Positions 37,016 to 49,650 are shown, counted from the first letter of the stretch. The stretch is DNA of 64,000 bases from Scyliorhinus canicula (GCF_902713615.1 NC_052147.1:167008410-167072409), one strand, 5' to 3'. The notes: generated by a model not told the origin, from the letters alone. Numbers and translations: made by a program.

Positions 37016-38196
37016 AGAGAGTGGGGGTAAAGGGATATTTTTCAGGATGGCAGCCGATGACGAGTGTTGTGCCTCAGGGGTCGGTGTGGGAACCACAACT
37101 TTTCACAATATACATTAACGATCTTGAAGAAGGAACTGAGGGCACTGTTACTAAGTTTGCAGATAATACAAAGATATGCAGAGCGACAGGTAGTATTGAG
37201 GAAGCAGGGATGCTGCAGAGGACTTGGACAGACTAGGAGAGTGGGCAACGAAGTGGCAGATGGAATACAATGTGGAAAAGTGTGAGGTTATGCACTTGGA
37301 AAGAGGAATGGAGGCACAGACTATTTTCTAAATGGGAAGGTGCTTAGGAAATCAAAAGCGTTAAGGGATTTAATAGTCCCAGTTCAAGATTCTCTTAAGG
37401 TTAACGTGCAGGTACAGTAAGCAATTAGGAAGGCAAATGCAATGATAGTATTCATGTCAAAAGGGCTATAATACAAGAGCAGGGATGGATTCTAAGGCTG
37501 CATAAAGCTCTGGTCAGACCCCATTTGGAGCATTTTACGGAAGAATGTGCTGGCCTCGGAAAGGGTCCAGAGGAGGTTCACAAGAATGATCCCTGGAATG
37601 TAGAGCTTGTCATATGAGGAGCGGTTGAGGACTCTGGGTCTGTACTTGGAAGTCAGAAGGATGCAGGGGGTTCTTATTGAAACTTACAGGGTGCTGCGAA
37701 GCCTGGATCGAGTGGATATGGAGAGGATGTTTCCCTCGTAGGAAAACCTGTGAGGGAACCAATGGGTACAGTCTCAGACTGACGGGACAATCCTTTAAAA
37801 TAGAGATGAGGAGGAATTTCTTCAACCAGAAGGTGGTGAATTTGTGGAACTCTGCCGCAGAAGGCTGTGGAAGCCAAATAACTGAGTGTGTTTAAGACAG
37901 AGATAGATAGATTCTTGGTTAATAAGGGGATCAGGGATATGGGGAGAAGGCAGGAGAATGGGGTTGAGCAAATTATCAGTCATGATTGAATAGCGGAGCA
38001 GACTCGATGGGCCGAGTGGCCTAATTCTGCTCCATTGTCTTATAATCTTATGGTCCTCTGCTACCACAGACATTTTATGATCTTCAGATGATCATGCTTT
38101 TATTTCAGAATTTATGGGACACTTTGTCCAGATTTCAGCCACACTCTGGCAACATTTATTCCAGAAGTTCTCTGAGGTCTTCACCTAAAAGATTAA

Positions 38197-39099
38197 GGGC
38201 TCGATTCAACCAAACGGGAACAAAGTCCCACAGCGAGCGCGTTTAGCCGCATGTTTCCCAGCGTACACAGGATGGAGGAAAACATGTTTATTCAACGCAA
38301 CTCACTTTGTATAAGGGGCCACAGTGGGGAATGCGTGGGTGAGGCTGCACATTGCCCTGTTTTGTACACTGGGGAGCTCCGCTCATTGGAACTCCCTGGT
38401 GAAGCAAGAGATTGGGATGCCATTTTTAAATAGCGCCCCATTCTTCGGGGCCCCCGCAGCAAGTCACAACCACTGTCTCAGCCCGAGCGCACATAGGAAA
38501 GGTATCTGGACCATCCCCTTGAAGTTCCCAACACCTACGCAGGGCAAGCCCAGCCCGATCAAACGAGTGCAAAAACAGCCAGCTTGGCAGTGCCAATCTG
38601 CCACCCTGGCAGTGCCCATGCCAGCTGCCATTATCACCTGGGAATCTTGGCAGTGCCAGGCTGGCACTGCTAGGGTGCCCAGGGTGCCCCAGCAGTGCGA
38701 TGGCACCTCCCTAAACAAAGGGCTTCTAGCTGGGGCCTCTGATCCCCTTGGAGACTCCCACAAGTGCCATTCCGTCTTGTTTCCATTTGTAGGGAGCAGT
38801 GCTTAACGACGCTCGCCCAAGATTTCCGAGGCAAAGGGGATAAATCCCAAAGCCTCAGGTACCTCTGGAATCTGCACATTAGAGTGAGACTAACTTTCTC
38901 GCTCTAAATGCATATTTGTCAAAAAATGATCCCACTCATTGTGGGCAGGATTTACATTGCAACGTCTCGCGAGATCTCATTGGATCTCAAAGGCATTGTG
39001 AGCCAGGCAGACCCCACAAGCAGGGTCTCCTGGCTTTTATCGATGACACTGCAACACGAGAGCTGCTTTTCAGGCGCAGCATGGCATTGGATCGCGCCC
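38197..39099. mobile_element. non-autonomous Harbinger, 903 bp, TSD TAA
   Basis: taa|GGGCTCGATTCAA...TTGGATCGCGCCC|taa; internal TGGCAGTGCCA repeats. Confidence 0.88.
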
Positions 39100-39560
39100 T
39101 AAGTGCTCTGCTAGTCCACCTTATTGGATACATCACAGAAGTTACCAGGAGAGAGGATGTGTCTGTTCATTAGCATCTTGCTTTGTTTCCCTCTGATTGG
39201 TCTCAGGTTGCAAGGAGCACATGAGGCTAAATGGCTAAAGAAGAGATTACAAGGAGGGTGAGGTGATATCTCACCTCCCGGTGGATAGAGGGTATCCTTC
39301 GTCCGCTGGATCTCCTTGATCAAGACCTTTCCCTTCATTGTTTAGCCATCCCGCAATGTGACATTATGTGTGACACACATTGGCCGCCTGTTCTGGTACA
39401 CTGAGGGCAAATTCAGAATGTCCAATTCACCTAACAAGCATGTCTTTCGGGACTTGTGGGAAGAAACTGGAGCACCCAGAGGAACCCACGCAGGCACGGG
39501 GAGAACGTGCAGACTCCACACAGACAGTGACCCAAGCCGGGAATCAAACCTGGACCTCTG

Positions 39561-40200
39561 GGGCGTCATTCTCCCCTACCCGGTGTGACGGAGGGTGCCG
39601 GCGTAGGGGAGTAGCGCCAACCACTCAGGGGTCGGGCCTCACCAAAGGTGGGGAATTCTCCCCACCTTTGGGGGCTAGCCCCGCGCCGGAGCGGTTTGCA
39701 CCAGAAGACTGGCGCAAACAACCGGCGCCCCCGGCAGCGGGGCTGGCCGAAAGGCTTTCGCCGGTCGGCGCATGCGCGATGTGGGGTTCTCTTCCGCTTC
39801 CGCCATGCCGAAGGCCATGGCGGCCGCGGAGGAGAAATAGTGCACCCAGGGCACTGGCCCGGAGTCTGAGCGGGGGGCCCCGATCACGGGCCAGGCCACC
39901 GTGGGGGCACCCCCCGGTGATATCGCCCCCGCCCCTCCCAGGACCCCGAGGCCCGCTCGCGCCGCTGTTCCCGCCGTTTCAGAGGTGGTTCAAACCTCGG
40001 CGGCGGGAGAGGCCTCCCAGCGGCGGGACTTCGGCCCATCCGGGCCGGAGAATCACTGCAGGGGCCTCTCCGATCGGAGTGGCGAGATTCCCGCCACCGC
40101 CACTTCCCGGGTGGCGGAGAATCTTTTCCACGGCGGGGGCGGGACTTTCGGCGGCCCCAGGCGATTCTCCGACCCTGCTGGGGGTCGGAGAATTTCGCCC
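39561..40200. mobile_element. non-autonomous Harbinger inserted in a SINE
   Basis: GGGCGTCATTCTCC...GGAGAATTTCGCCC; SINE on both sides. Confidence 0.82.
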
Positions 40201-40919
40201 AAGGTCTGTGAAGCAACAATGCGTACCACTGTGCTACCGTCATGAAAGCCCTACCTACTCAACCTTGCCCCTTGCCTGAGGTGTGGTAGTCTTCAGGGTA
40301 AACCACAAGCAGTCAGCTCTCCCCCTCAAAGGGAAATCAACCTCTCGTCATCTGGGACTTTGGCAACTTTACTATCAATTTAATGCCAGCTTTCACCCTT
40401 TGCCAAAAGAACCCTTTCATCAATCTTCTGATCATCGCCTGATTCAGTGATGGTAAATGTGCAACTTTAATTTGCTTCTCAACTTTACACTTGATCGACG
40501 CCCCATCCACCCCCTTAACATTAACTCCTTGCACCGTCGTCCATGACAACAAAAATGTACTATATACAAGAAGCACTGCAGCAACTCACCGGGCCTCTTG
40601 TCTGTGTGGAGTCTGCAAGTTCTCTCCGTGTCTGTGTGGGTTTCCTCCGGGTGCTCCGGTTTCATTGATAGGTCAGGAGGGGAGGGGCAGCAGAGATAAT
40701 GGGATAGGTATGGGTAGAGGAGGTATTGCAGGTAACTCTCTGGTCATGACTGCATTGATAGGAATGGATCCAGACAAGGGTAGTCCCACCCACTTATACA
40801 ACATTGCAGAGGTGTTGGAGGAGGATAGTGTGGTTAACCATGCCAAAGGACGTAGACATGTGATGACATATGAGGAGGAATAGCTTACAGTCACAGATAA
40901 TATCGCCCATCACTTTGAT

Positions 40920-42255
40920 AGCAGCGTGCCTTAATGACTATCGTCCAGTGGCTCTGACATCCATCATCATGAAGTGCTTTGAAAGGTTGATTCATGGTAC
41001 AAATCAACTCCAGCCTCCCGGATTGCCTTGATCCACTACAGTTCGCCTACCACTGCAACAGGTCCACAGCAGACGCCACCTCCATGGCCCTGCACTCTAC
41101 CCTGGAACACTAGATAACAAAGACACCTATGTCAGACTCCTATTTATCGACTACAGCTCAGCCTTCAACACCATCATTCCTACGAAACTCATCTCCAAAC
41201 TCTGTGGCCTTGGCCTCGACTCCTCCTTCTGCGACTGGATCCTGAACCTTCTAACCCACAGACCACAATCAGTAGGGATAAGCAACAACACCTCCTCCAC
41301 GATCATCCTCAATACCGGTGCTCCACAAGGCTGTGTCCTCACCCCCCTACTATATCCCTTATACACCTATGACTGTGTGGCCAAATTCCCCTCCAACTCG
41401 ATTTTCTAATTTGCTGATGACACCACTGTAGTGGGTCGAATTCAAAGAATGACGAGACAGAGTATAGGAATGAGACAGAGAATCTGGTGAACTGGTGCGA
41501 TGACAATAATCTCTCCCTCAAAGTCAACAAAATGAAGAAGATTGTCATCGACCTCAGGAAGAGTAGTGGGGAACATGCCCCTGTCTACATCAATGGGAAC
41601 AAAGTAGAAAGGGTCGAGAGCTTCATGTTTTTAGGTGTACAGATCACCAACATCCTGTCTTGGTCCCCCCCCATGCCGACACTATAGTTAAGAAAGCCCA
41701 CCAACTACGCTACTTTCTCAGAAGACTAAGGAAATTTGGCATGTCAGCCACGACCCTCACCAACCTCTACAGATGCACCATAGGAAGCATTCTTTCTGGT
41801 AGTATCACAGCTTGGTATGGATCCTGCTCTGCCCAAGACCACAGGAAACTACAAAAGGTTGTGAATGTAGCCCAGTCCATTATGCAAACCAGCCTCCCAT
41901 CCATTGGCTCTATCTATAATTCCCGCTGCCTCGGAAAGGCAGCCAGCATAATTAAGAACCACACGCACCCCGGACATACTCTCTTCCACCTCCTTCCATC
42001 AGGAAAAAGATACCAAAGTTTAAGGTCACGTACCAACTGACTCCTTCCCTACTGCCCATTTTGAATGGAACTACCTCGTATTAAGTTGATCTTTTCTCTA
42101 CACCTTGCTATAACTGTAACATTATATTCTGCAGTCTCTCCTTCCTTCCCTATGTACGGTATGCATTGTTTGTACAACAAGCAAGAAACAATACTTTCAC
42201 TGTATACCAATACATGTGACAATAATAAATCAAACCAAATCAAATCAAATCAAAG
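40920..42255 (+). mobile_element. Rex1/Babar LINE, 5'-truncated
   Basis: [53 protein letters not shown]; (AAATC)n tail. Confidence 0.9.
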
Positions 42256-43320
42256 ATAAGAACCATCTCAGTAATCCATTGCGGCAAGGTAAGAATCTGA
42301 TTTGAGGGATTGAACTATTGTGGTTCCAGGAAAGATGGACAAGGATTTGAGAGCCATTTAAGAACTTTAGAGAGGAAAGAAAGGAGCAGTAGTATCTGAG
42401 AACAAAGTTTTTCTTGAGCAGAGGGCTGATGATGGTAGAAGGAAAGGGGAATCATATCCAAGGACAGAAGGCAGTGAGTAATACCAGATAACATGGGAGG
42501 CAAACAGTAAAGTTTGGTGGGCAATGGTTCATTTGTGAAAGGGTCAAGGGAGCTGGAAATGGGTCTCACAGATAAGCTGGACTTTGAGAGGGTGTGAGAG
42601 GAGATTGGAGCGAAACTAGCAAAAGATAGAAGTTCTGGAACAGGCAGAGGAGTCGTGAGAGAAAATGTTATCATGATGGGTGAGGGAAGGGGTGGAAGCA
42701 GTAGAGAATTCTCCAAAAGAATGAAGTTGATTCTAAAAACAACTTTAAAACATTACAAATGACAAAAATATCATTTCAGTAATGTAACCATACAAAAATA
42801 TATATTCCTGTTATTAGCCCATACAACTGTTTACTAACTATATACGAAGTGTCCTGAGATTGTGAAAGGTGCGATATAGAAATACAAATCATTCTACCAT
42901 TAGTCCTAGCTCCAATCAGTAATAATAAAAGTGAATGGTAATAAATAATAATTATAGGGCAGCATGGTGGCGCAGTGGTTAGCACTGCTGCCTCTGGCAC
43001 TGAGAGCCCGGGTTCAATCCCGGCCCCGGGTCTCTGTCTGTGGAGTTTACACATTCTCTCTGTGTCAGTGGGTCTCACCTCCACAGTGCAAAAAGATGCG
43101 TAGGGTAGGTGGAATGGCCACGCTAAATTGCCCTTAATTGGAATAAAATAATTGAGTACTCTAAATTTAAAGAAAAAAAAAGTAATTATTATTTTTATTT
43201 TCCAATCAAATGGGCATAGCTGATGCTCTTTAATTCATCTCCAGCTTATATTATCATTGAGTCAATGAAAACCCAAAAACTAAGTAACAGCCTCCTCGTT
43301 TGCTGTGCTTAAACTCATTA

Positions 43321-43514
43321 TGTGGAGATGCCGGCGTTGGATTGGGGTGAGCACAGTAAGAAGTCTTACAAAACCAGGTTAAAGTCCAACAGGTTTGTTT
43401 CAAACACTAGCTTTCGGAGCGCAGCTCCTTCCTCAGGTGAAAGGAAGGAGCTGTGCTCCGAAAGCTCGTGTTTGAATCAAACCTGTTGGACTTTAACCTG
43501 GTGTTGTAAGACTA
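43321..43514 (-). mobile_element. Penelope-like terminal-repeat insertion with inverted duplication, 13-bp TSD CTTAAACTCATTA
   Basis: TSD at 43308-43320 and 43515-43527; 72-bp inverted arms 43362-43433 / 43442-43513. Confidence 0.85.
43405..43439 (-). ncRNA. minimal type I hammerhead ribozyme motif
   Basis: CAC CUGAGGA A GGAGC-UGC-GCUCC GAAA GC UA GUG: core boxes, stem I, stem II and palindromic stem III. Confidence 0.72.
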
Positions 43515-43624
43515 CTTAAACTCATTAGTCCATCAGTTGTTCCTAGTGGGACAGTCTTCTGAGATGTTCCACACAGTTTCCAGCGTATAAACTGCACCTC
43601 AATAATAAATTAGAGGCTTTTTTT

Positions 43625-44062
43625 GTGATTGATGTGAAATAAATCTATGTCGTCGGATGGATCTTATTCTGATCTATATAAATCTCAAGCATGTATGAGT
43701 CAATGAAACAATAGTCAACTGTAAAGTAAGGTTTTTGTTCTTCGCTCCTAACAATGTGCTCTGAACCCACCCACAGGACATCACACACAACTGCATCCAA
43801 TCTGACATTTTTCTAAAATAGATCTTTTGCATTCTAGCTCAGTTCAAATGATTGCAGATTGTTTTGGTGCATTGAATTTGATTCAAATTCATGTGCTAGA
43901 AGTCATGTCACCAAGCTGGTGCCTTCTTTAAACTTCCCCAACTGATGAACTCTCAGTGTCCCTAAAACGATGGTATTCAGGTTATTGGTTCCACTGCCAT
44001 ATATGTCTCCAGAAAATCAAATTCATCATTGCCAGATCAATCATTTCGAGTGCATCAGGACA
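43625..44062 (+). pseudogene. probable decayed gamma-crystallin promoter, exon 1 and exon 2 relic
   Basis: TATATAAAT at 43675 followed by a match to the gene 1 5'UTR, donor gtaagg at 43726, 96-bp intron, ag|ATC TTT at 43822, patchy exon 2-like codons; ATG lost, stops present. Confidence 0.5.
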
Positions 44063-44299
44063 CAAACAGATATAAAAATATCCCTCTTCAACTTATTGAG
44101 TCTTTCGTCACAGATGATGAACAAAAATGTGCAGGTTAGGTGGATTGGCCACAGTTAATGTTAATAAATCGTTTATAGTCTATCTACAAGTGATCTTGTA
44201 ATATAAATCAGGCCATCCGACAAGAACATCACAGATATGGTGCAGATCTGACATGTTTTATCCCATTGGAAGATGTGAAACGTGGCACTTCTGAAATGA

Positions 44300-44469
44300 A
44301 ATGAAAATTACTTGTCAGAAGTAGGCTTGAAATGAAGTTACTGTGAAAAGCCCCGAGTCGCCACATTCCGGCACCTGTTCGGGAAGGCTGGGATGGGAAT
44401 TAAACCGTGCTGCTGGCCTGCCTTCGTCAGCTTTCAAAGCCAGCAAATTAGCCCTGTGCTAAACCAGCC
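44300..44469 (-). mobile_element. tRNA-derived SINE with (ATTTC)n-type tail
   Basis: Head ggctggtttagcacag; same tail at 18930-19040, 30971-31090, 47340-47430 and 60560-60660. Confidence 0.7.
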
Positions 44470-44689
44470 TTAAAACTTCTAAACCCTATACCAGCTAAAC
44501 TTCTAAAGGCTGTTCCGTTATCTGACACAAATACTTTAGTTAACCCATGGACCTCGAAGCACTGATGAATAGGGTGGAGGAGTGGACCTAGGTACATTGC
44601 TCCTTCAGAGGGCTGGTGCAGACTCAATGGGCCAAATGGCCTCCTTCTGCACTTCAGGGATTCTATGGATTCTATGCAGATGAGATTAA

Positions 44690-45560
44690 CAACTACATAT
44701 GCCACAGTCGAGAAGTTTCATCAGTGCTTCGTGCTCCATGGGTTAACTAAAGTCAGATAACGGACAGCTTTTAGAAGAGCCGAGTTTCAAAGTTTCACAT
44801 CTTCCAATGGGATAAAACATGTCAGAACTACATCATATCTGTAATGTTCTTGTCGGGTGGCCTGATTTATATTATAAGCTCATTTGTAGTTAAAGCTATA
44901 AACAATTTATTAACATTAATTGTGGGTCAAATATATACAAAACAACAGATAAATAACAATATTAAATGCACAAGCCAACTCTCTCCCAACTTCCTAGTCA
45001 GTCTGAGGTCACCTGACTTTAACATTCAATTATATATTAATGAGACTCCTAGTGGTCAGTTAGTGAATTACAACACAACCATGCCATCACTACAGTATCA
45101 TCCCCTATCAAATGGACATGCTGAGCGGGCAGTTTAAATGTTCAAGGATAGCTTAAAGAAACAGCCAGCTGTGTCTTTAGAAACACAGTTGCTCGGCTCC
45201 GCTTAGTGTACAGGACCACCCCTCATTTTACCATGGGTATATCTTTAACAGAGCTATTGATAAGTTGAAGGTAAATTTGCATTCCCAAAATTAGCAGGGA
45301 GCGTAGAGGCAAAACACTGCAACCAAAAGAGGAACCGTGATTCAACTAAAGATGCAAATTGTTTGAAATAGGTGACTCAGTTTATTGGAGGAATTTCGGG
45401 AGTGGCCTAAGCTGGGTTCCAGGAATTGTTGTGGCCAAGACTTTATCTTACAAAGTGAGTGTACAGGACAGGACTTGGAGGAAACATGTGGACCATCAGG
45501 GTGGTCGAGAGTTATCCCAGGAGCCAGCGTTATAGCCTGGTTCATTGTTGCCAGCTGAAG
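44690..45560 (+). mobile_element. Gypsy integrase fragment
   Basis: VSDNG.AF, GIKHVRT..YHPLSNGHAERAV, YRTTPH motifs. Confidence 0.8.
44840..45094 (-). mobile_element. solo LTR in the integrase fragment, TSD ATATC/GTATC
   Basis: TGTAATG...CACTACA termini; splits the SY|HP codons. Confidence 0.8.
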
Positions 45561-45911
45561 GTGTTGTTGGCTGGCTGGGAAATGTGACAAGCAAGAATAT
45601 CGTTCTGACTGAAACAGGAGGTTGAAGCCTCAGTTCAGAGGACAGACTGCCTGTGACAGTCACAGTCACCCGAGGCCGGAATTGCACCCAGGCCTTTGGT
45701 GCTGTGAGGCAGCAGTGCTGATACCTTTGGGTTGTGGGGGTGAGACCCATGCAGATACGGGGAAAATGTGCAAACTCCACACAGTCAGTGATCCGGGGCT
45801 GGGATCGAACACAGGTCCTCGGCGCCATGAGGCAGGTTGGCAGCATTATGGCTGCATTACTCTGTACATAGCATGCTGCGCAAATACATTTTTGTTATTT
45901 GTACCCTAACT

Positions 45912-46378
45912 CAGTGATTTTCAAACGTTTTTCTGGGGACCCATTTGTACCAACCGGCCAACCTTCGCGACTCACGCAGACCAACCTTCGCGACTCACAT
46001 GGGCCGACATTCCCAACCCAACATTAATCGCCAACCAACATAACTGAAAGAGATAATTTGGTCATTGTTTGTGGGAACCTGTGTACACATATTGATTGCT
46101 GCGTCTGCCACCTTACAGCAGTGACTATGTTTCAAAAGTACTTAGTCGGTTGTAAAGCACTTTGGGAACATCCTGAGGTCAGGAAAGGTGCTACATAAAT
46201 GCAAATTGAAACAGACCCAGGATGAACTCAAAGTGCCGGGAAAGACCACTCTATCTATCAGGACTCTGTTGAAATTTGGGGCCTCAGCAAGGGATTCCCC
46301 GCCGAGGCCTCACTTAATGCCATTTCCTGTACTGAGAAGCTCCACTCGCCAGAACCCCTCAGTGCTGGAGGGCATCGG

Positions 46379-46415
<37 letters not shown>

Positions 46416-47089
46416 GGGGGGGGGGGGGGGGGGGGGCTGGTGGTGGTAAGGGGGGAGTTAGCATGACCCCACTTTGCAGTCAGCAGGAGCCGGGGCTGCA
46501 CCTCATCAACGACAGAGGCAGGAAGAGACCCTTCATTGGCCGCTCAAGCAGCTCAATTGAGCTCTTGCAAGGTAGCTTGGTGGCGGGAGAATTTCAGGTA
46601 TGCATCCGCCATCCCGCCCCCGCAGATGTGCATCCTTCCCGCCTCCCTATAACACTATATGGACCACCTTGCCTCCCAGCTGCCTGATAAAATCCTGTGT
46701 AATGAGTTTGCATCCCACAATCAATTACAATTTCTTGTCTTGTCAGATAAATAAACTGACAGGAAAAACCTGTCCAACAAGCAGTTACAAGGCATAAACA
46801 CCCATAATGCATATCAAAGTGTTTCATTATTAGAATACATGTTAGGAACGTGGTTCTGCGCATGCGCATCAATGAGCAGGCACGCATGCACAGTGCGCCT
46901 GCATATGTTTTTATGGTCGCTGCCATTATTTGGAAGGCCATTCACCGCTGGCATTGTTAAAAGCCGGCTGCTGCAGCTGCTGCATGAGAATTTGCGCAAT
47001 CAGGTGCGCCACGACGGACGCTCCGCACCCCTCCTGATACCCGCCCGTGACCCACCTGCGGCCCGCGACCCCGACTTTGAAAATGCCTG
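45912..47089. mobile_element. non-autonomous hAT transposon, 1178 bp, 8-bp TSD CCCTAACT
   Basis: TIRs CAGTGATTTTCAAA / TTTGAAAATGCCTG; TSD at 45904-45911 and 47090-47097. Confidence 0.88.
46377..46436 (+). repeat. poly-G tract (G4 A G33 T G21)
   Basis: Direct reading. Confidence 0.95.
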
Positions 47090-47329
47090 CCCTAACTGCT
47101 GGAGCCAAGTTACTGCACTTACATTTTGTAGATTTTATTGTTTTGTCACCTTTGCTTTTCTTTGTTTTTTTCCTGTCACCAACATCTTTGTTTTGATTCC
47201 ATTTTTGTATGCAATTTCTTGTATTTTATTGTTGTCTGCTATCTTTCTAGATGGCCTTGACTCTATTTTCCTAACATATAGATGAAAACGAAAATTTTCA
47301 ATTCAATGGCGAAAGAAGGGAGCCCGAAT

Positions 47330-47618
47330 TATAATAATAATAATCTTTATTGTCACAAGTAGGCTTACATTAACACTGCAATGTTACTGTGAAAAGCCCC
47401 TAGTCACCACATTCTGGCGCCTGCTCGGGTACACAGAGAGAGAATTCAGAATATCCAGATTACCTTAACAGCACGCCTTTCGGGACTTGTGGGAGGAAAC
47501 TGGAGCACCCGGAGGGAACCCATGCAGACTCTACACAGACAGTGACCCAAGCCGGGAATCGAACCTGGGACCCTGGTGCTGTGAAGCACCAGTGCTAACC
47601 ACTGTGCTACCGTTGCGC
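47330..47618 (-). mobile_element. hybrid V-SINE with (ATT)n tail
   Basis: HE1-type head and core joined to the alternative tail. Confidence 0.75.
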
Positions 47619-47939
47619 CTATTCAAAGAATAGGACACATATGATAGCATAAATAGTTTTCTTCTGCACTCTATAATTCAAACGGCCTCATTTTCTGATA
47701 TCGGGAGTGACAATACACTGAACTTCAGTGGCTTCTGGGTGTTGTGACCCTGGAACGTTCTGACGTACATATTGTCCGGGAAGTTTAAACTTCCAATGCG
47801 CTGATTTCCACTGCCTGGGACCCTTCATGAATGTCTCTTACATTGTTCTGAGTTTCACGCACTTGAGTTTGATTCACTCTATTCACCTGCATACTTACCC
47901 GAGAATTATTAGTCTGTTTGATCTCTGGTGGCTCCAACT

Positions 47940-49240
47940 CCAACTACAAGTTTGCTGACGACACTACCATAGTGCGTCGGATCTCGAACAACGATGAATC
48001 AGAGTACAGGAGGGAGACGGAGAACCAGTGTGTAACAACCACTCTCCCTCAATGTCAGCAAAACTAAAGAGCTCGTCATTGACTTTAGGCAGCAAAGTAT
48101 AGTTCACACACCTGTCAGCTTCAACGGGGCCGAGGTGGAGATTGTTGACAGCTTCAAATTCTTAGGTGTGCACATCACCAACCGTCTGTCCTGGTCCACC
48201 CACATTGACACTACGACCAAGAAAGCACAACAGCGCCTGTACTTTCTCAGGAAACTAAGAAAATTTGGCATGTCCACATTGAATCTTATCAACTTTTACA
48301 GATGCACCATCGAAAGATTCTATCTCGCTGCGTCACAGCCTGGTATGGCAACTGCTCAGCCCAAGACCGTAAGAAACTACAGAGTCGCGGACACAGCCCA
48401 GTGCATCACACGAACCTGCCTCCCATTCTTTGGCTCTGTCTACACCATCCGCTGCCTGGGAAAAGTGGGAAGCATAATCAAATACCCCTCCCACTTCTAC
48501 AGTGCTGCACGTGAAACTGGACCCGGTCCCTTGGGGTGTTGGATCAGCCGGGATTGGAAATCGGTGCGGATGCATATGTTGTAGTCTTTGCCTCGTTGAT
48601 CGCCCGGAGGCGGATCCTGTTGGGATGGAGAGCAACCTCTCCACCCTATGTCCTGGCAGGGCAGGGGGACATGTTGGAATTCATTATGCACTTTCAAGAA
48701 TTGGATAACATCGAACATTAGGGGGAGGGCGTTGGGAGGGTTGTGGGGAGGGGGGCTGTATGTGTTAATGGTGACTATGGGTGATTCCTTTTTGTTATTT
48801 ATTTATGTTAACATGCGGGCTGTCGTTTGGGGGTTGGTGGGAGGATGGGATTGCTGTTTTTGATTTGGGGATTGACATTATATTCGTTACTGCTTATTAT
48901 TTGTTGTTGGTGGCTGTAAATTTGGGAGAAAATGTGAAAAAGGAGGAGATAAAAGACCCCTCCCACCTGGGTTATTCTCTCTTCCAACCTCTTTCATCGG
49001 GCAGGAGATACAAAAGTTTGAGAACACGCACTAATAGTTTCAAAAACAACTTCTTCTCGGCTCTTACCAGACTCCTAAACGACCCTCATATGGGCTGAAC
49101 TGATCTCTTCACACATCGTCTCTACTGAGTAGTACGTCACTCCTGTTTGCTTCACCCAATACCTGTGTCTAAGTATTTACATTATGTATTTATATATGCC
49201 CTATGTTTTTTTCCTATACGCAAAACAATACTTTTCACGG
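47940..49240 (+). mobile_element. Rex1/Babar LINE fragment with nested L1/Tx1-like 3' piece (~48498-48950)
   Basis: YKFADDTT, VDSFKFLGVHI, AQQRLYFLRKLRKF; host resumes at IKDPSH. Confidence 0.82.
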
Positions 49241-49650
49241 TACCTTGGTGCCCAGCAGAGTTTATTGAGCGTGATCAATGCTTCGAAGCAAGTGCTATTG
49301 GCCTGAAGGAGAGCACTGATGCCAGTGCACCTATCATGCCAATGGATCTGCAGGATCTTACAGAGGCAGCGCTGGTGGTTCTTCTCCAGGGTTTTGAGGT
49401 GTCTGCTGTATGTAGCCCACATCTCTGAGCCTTATAGAAGGGTTGAACACCTCTAGTGTCATCAGCAAGAGCAAGCTGAAGCCAGGTGTCAAAGGCGAAA
49501 GTCACTCGTGGCAACCTGAGCACTTTATTCACACGCTCCTCCAACCACTGCCCCACCTGTGACAGAGACTGTGGGCTCCTCAGCCACCTGAGAACTAATT
49601 TGTCGTGTAGAAACAAATAATCCTCAATTCTGAGAGACTGCCTGAGATGT
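49240..49650. mobile_element. RTE-clade LINE fragments in inverted arrangement
   Basis: Minus-strand WATYSRHLKTLEKNHQRCLCKILQIHW; plus-strand CPTCDRDC zinc finger and tail. Confidence 0.65.

Larger units (their letters stand above)
33790..38055 (+). mobile_element. long decayed CR1 LINE (ORF1 3' end, endonuclease, RT, 3'UTR)
   Basis: DLFRWDGVHLN (esterase-type ORF1), GITETWL, MGDFN, LGGSDHN, PGPDGLHPRVLK, QHGFVKGRSCLTN, YLDFQKAF, FADNTK; many stops. Confidence 0.92.

Noticed and set aside
39259-39280. Palindrome GAGGTGA-TATC-TCACCTC
   Set aside because: Single 7-bp stem with no context; compatible with chance
39380-40279. 299-aa ORF and similar ORFs at 36363-37096, 50678-51539 and 63002-63810
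   Set aside because: GC-rich non-autonomous transposon sequence with few stops and no recognisable domain
42957-43030. tRNA genes (A/B-box sequences here and elsewhere)
   Set aside because: All run directly into SINE bodies; they are SINE heads
45957-46020. CRISPR-like short direct repeats
   Set aside because: Two to three adjacent subterminal repeats of a hAT element, no spacers, eukaryotic DNA
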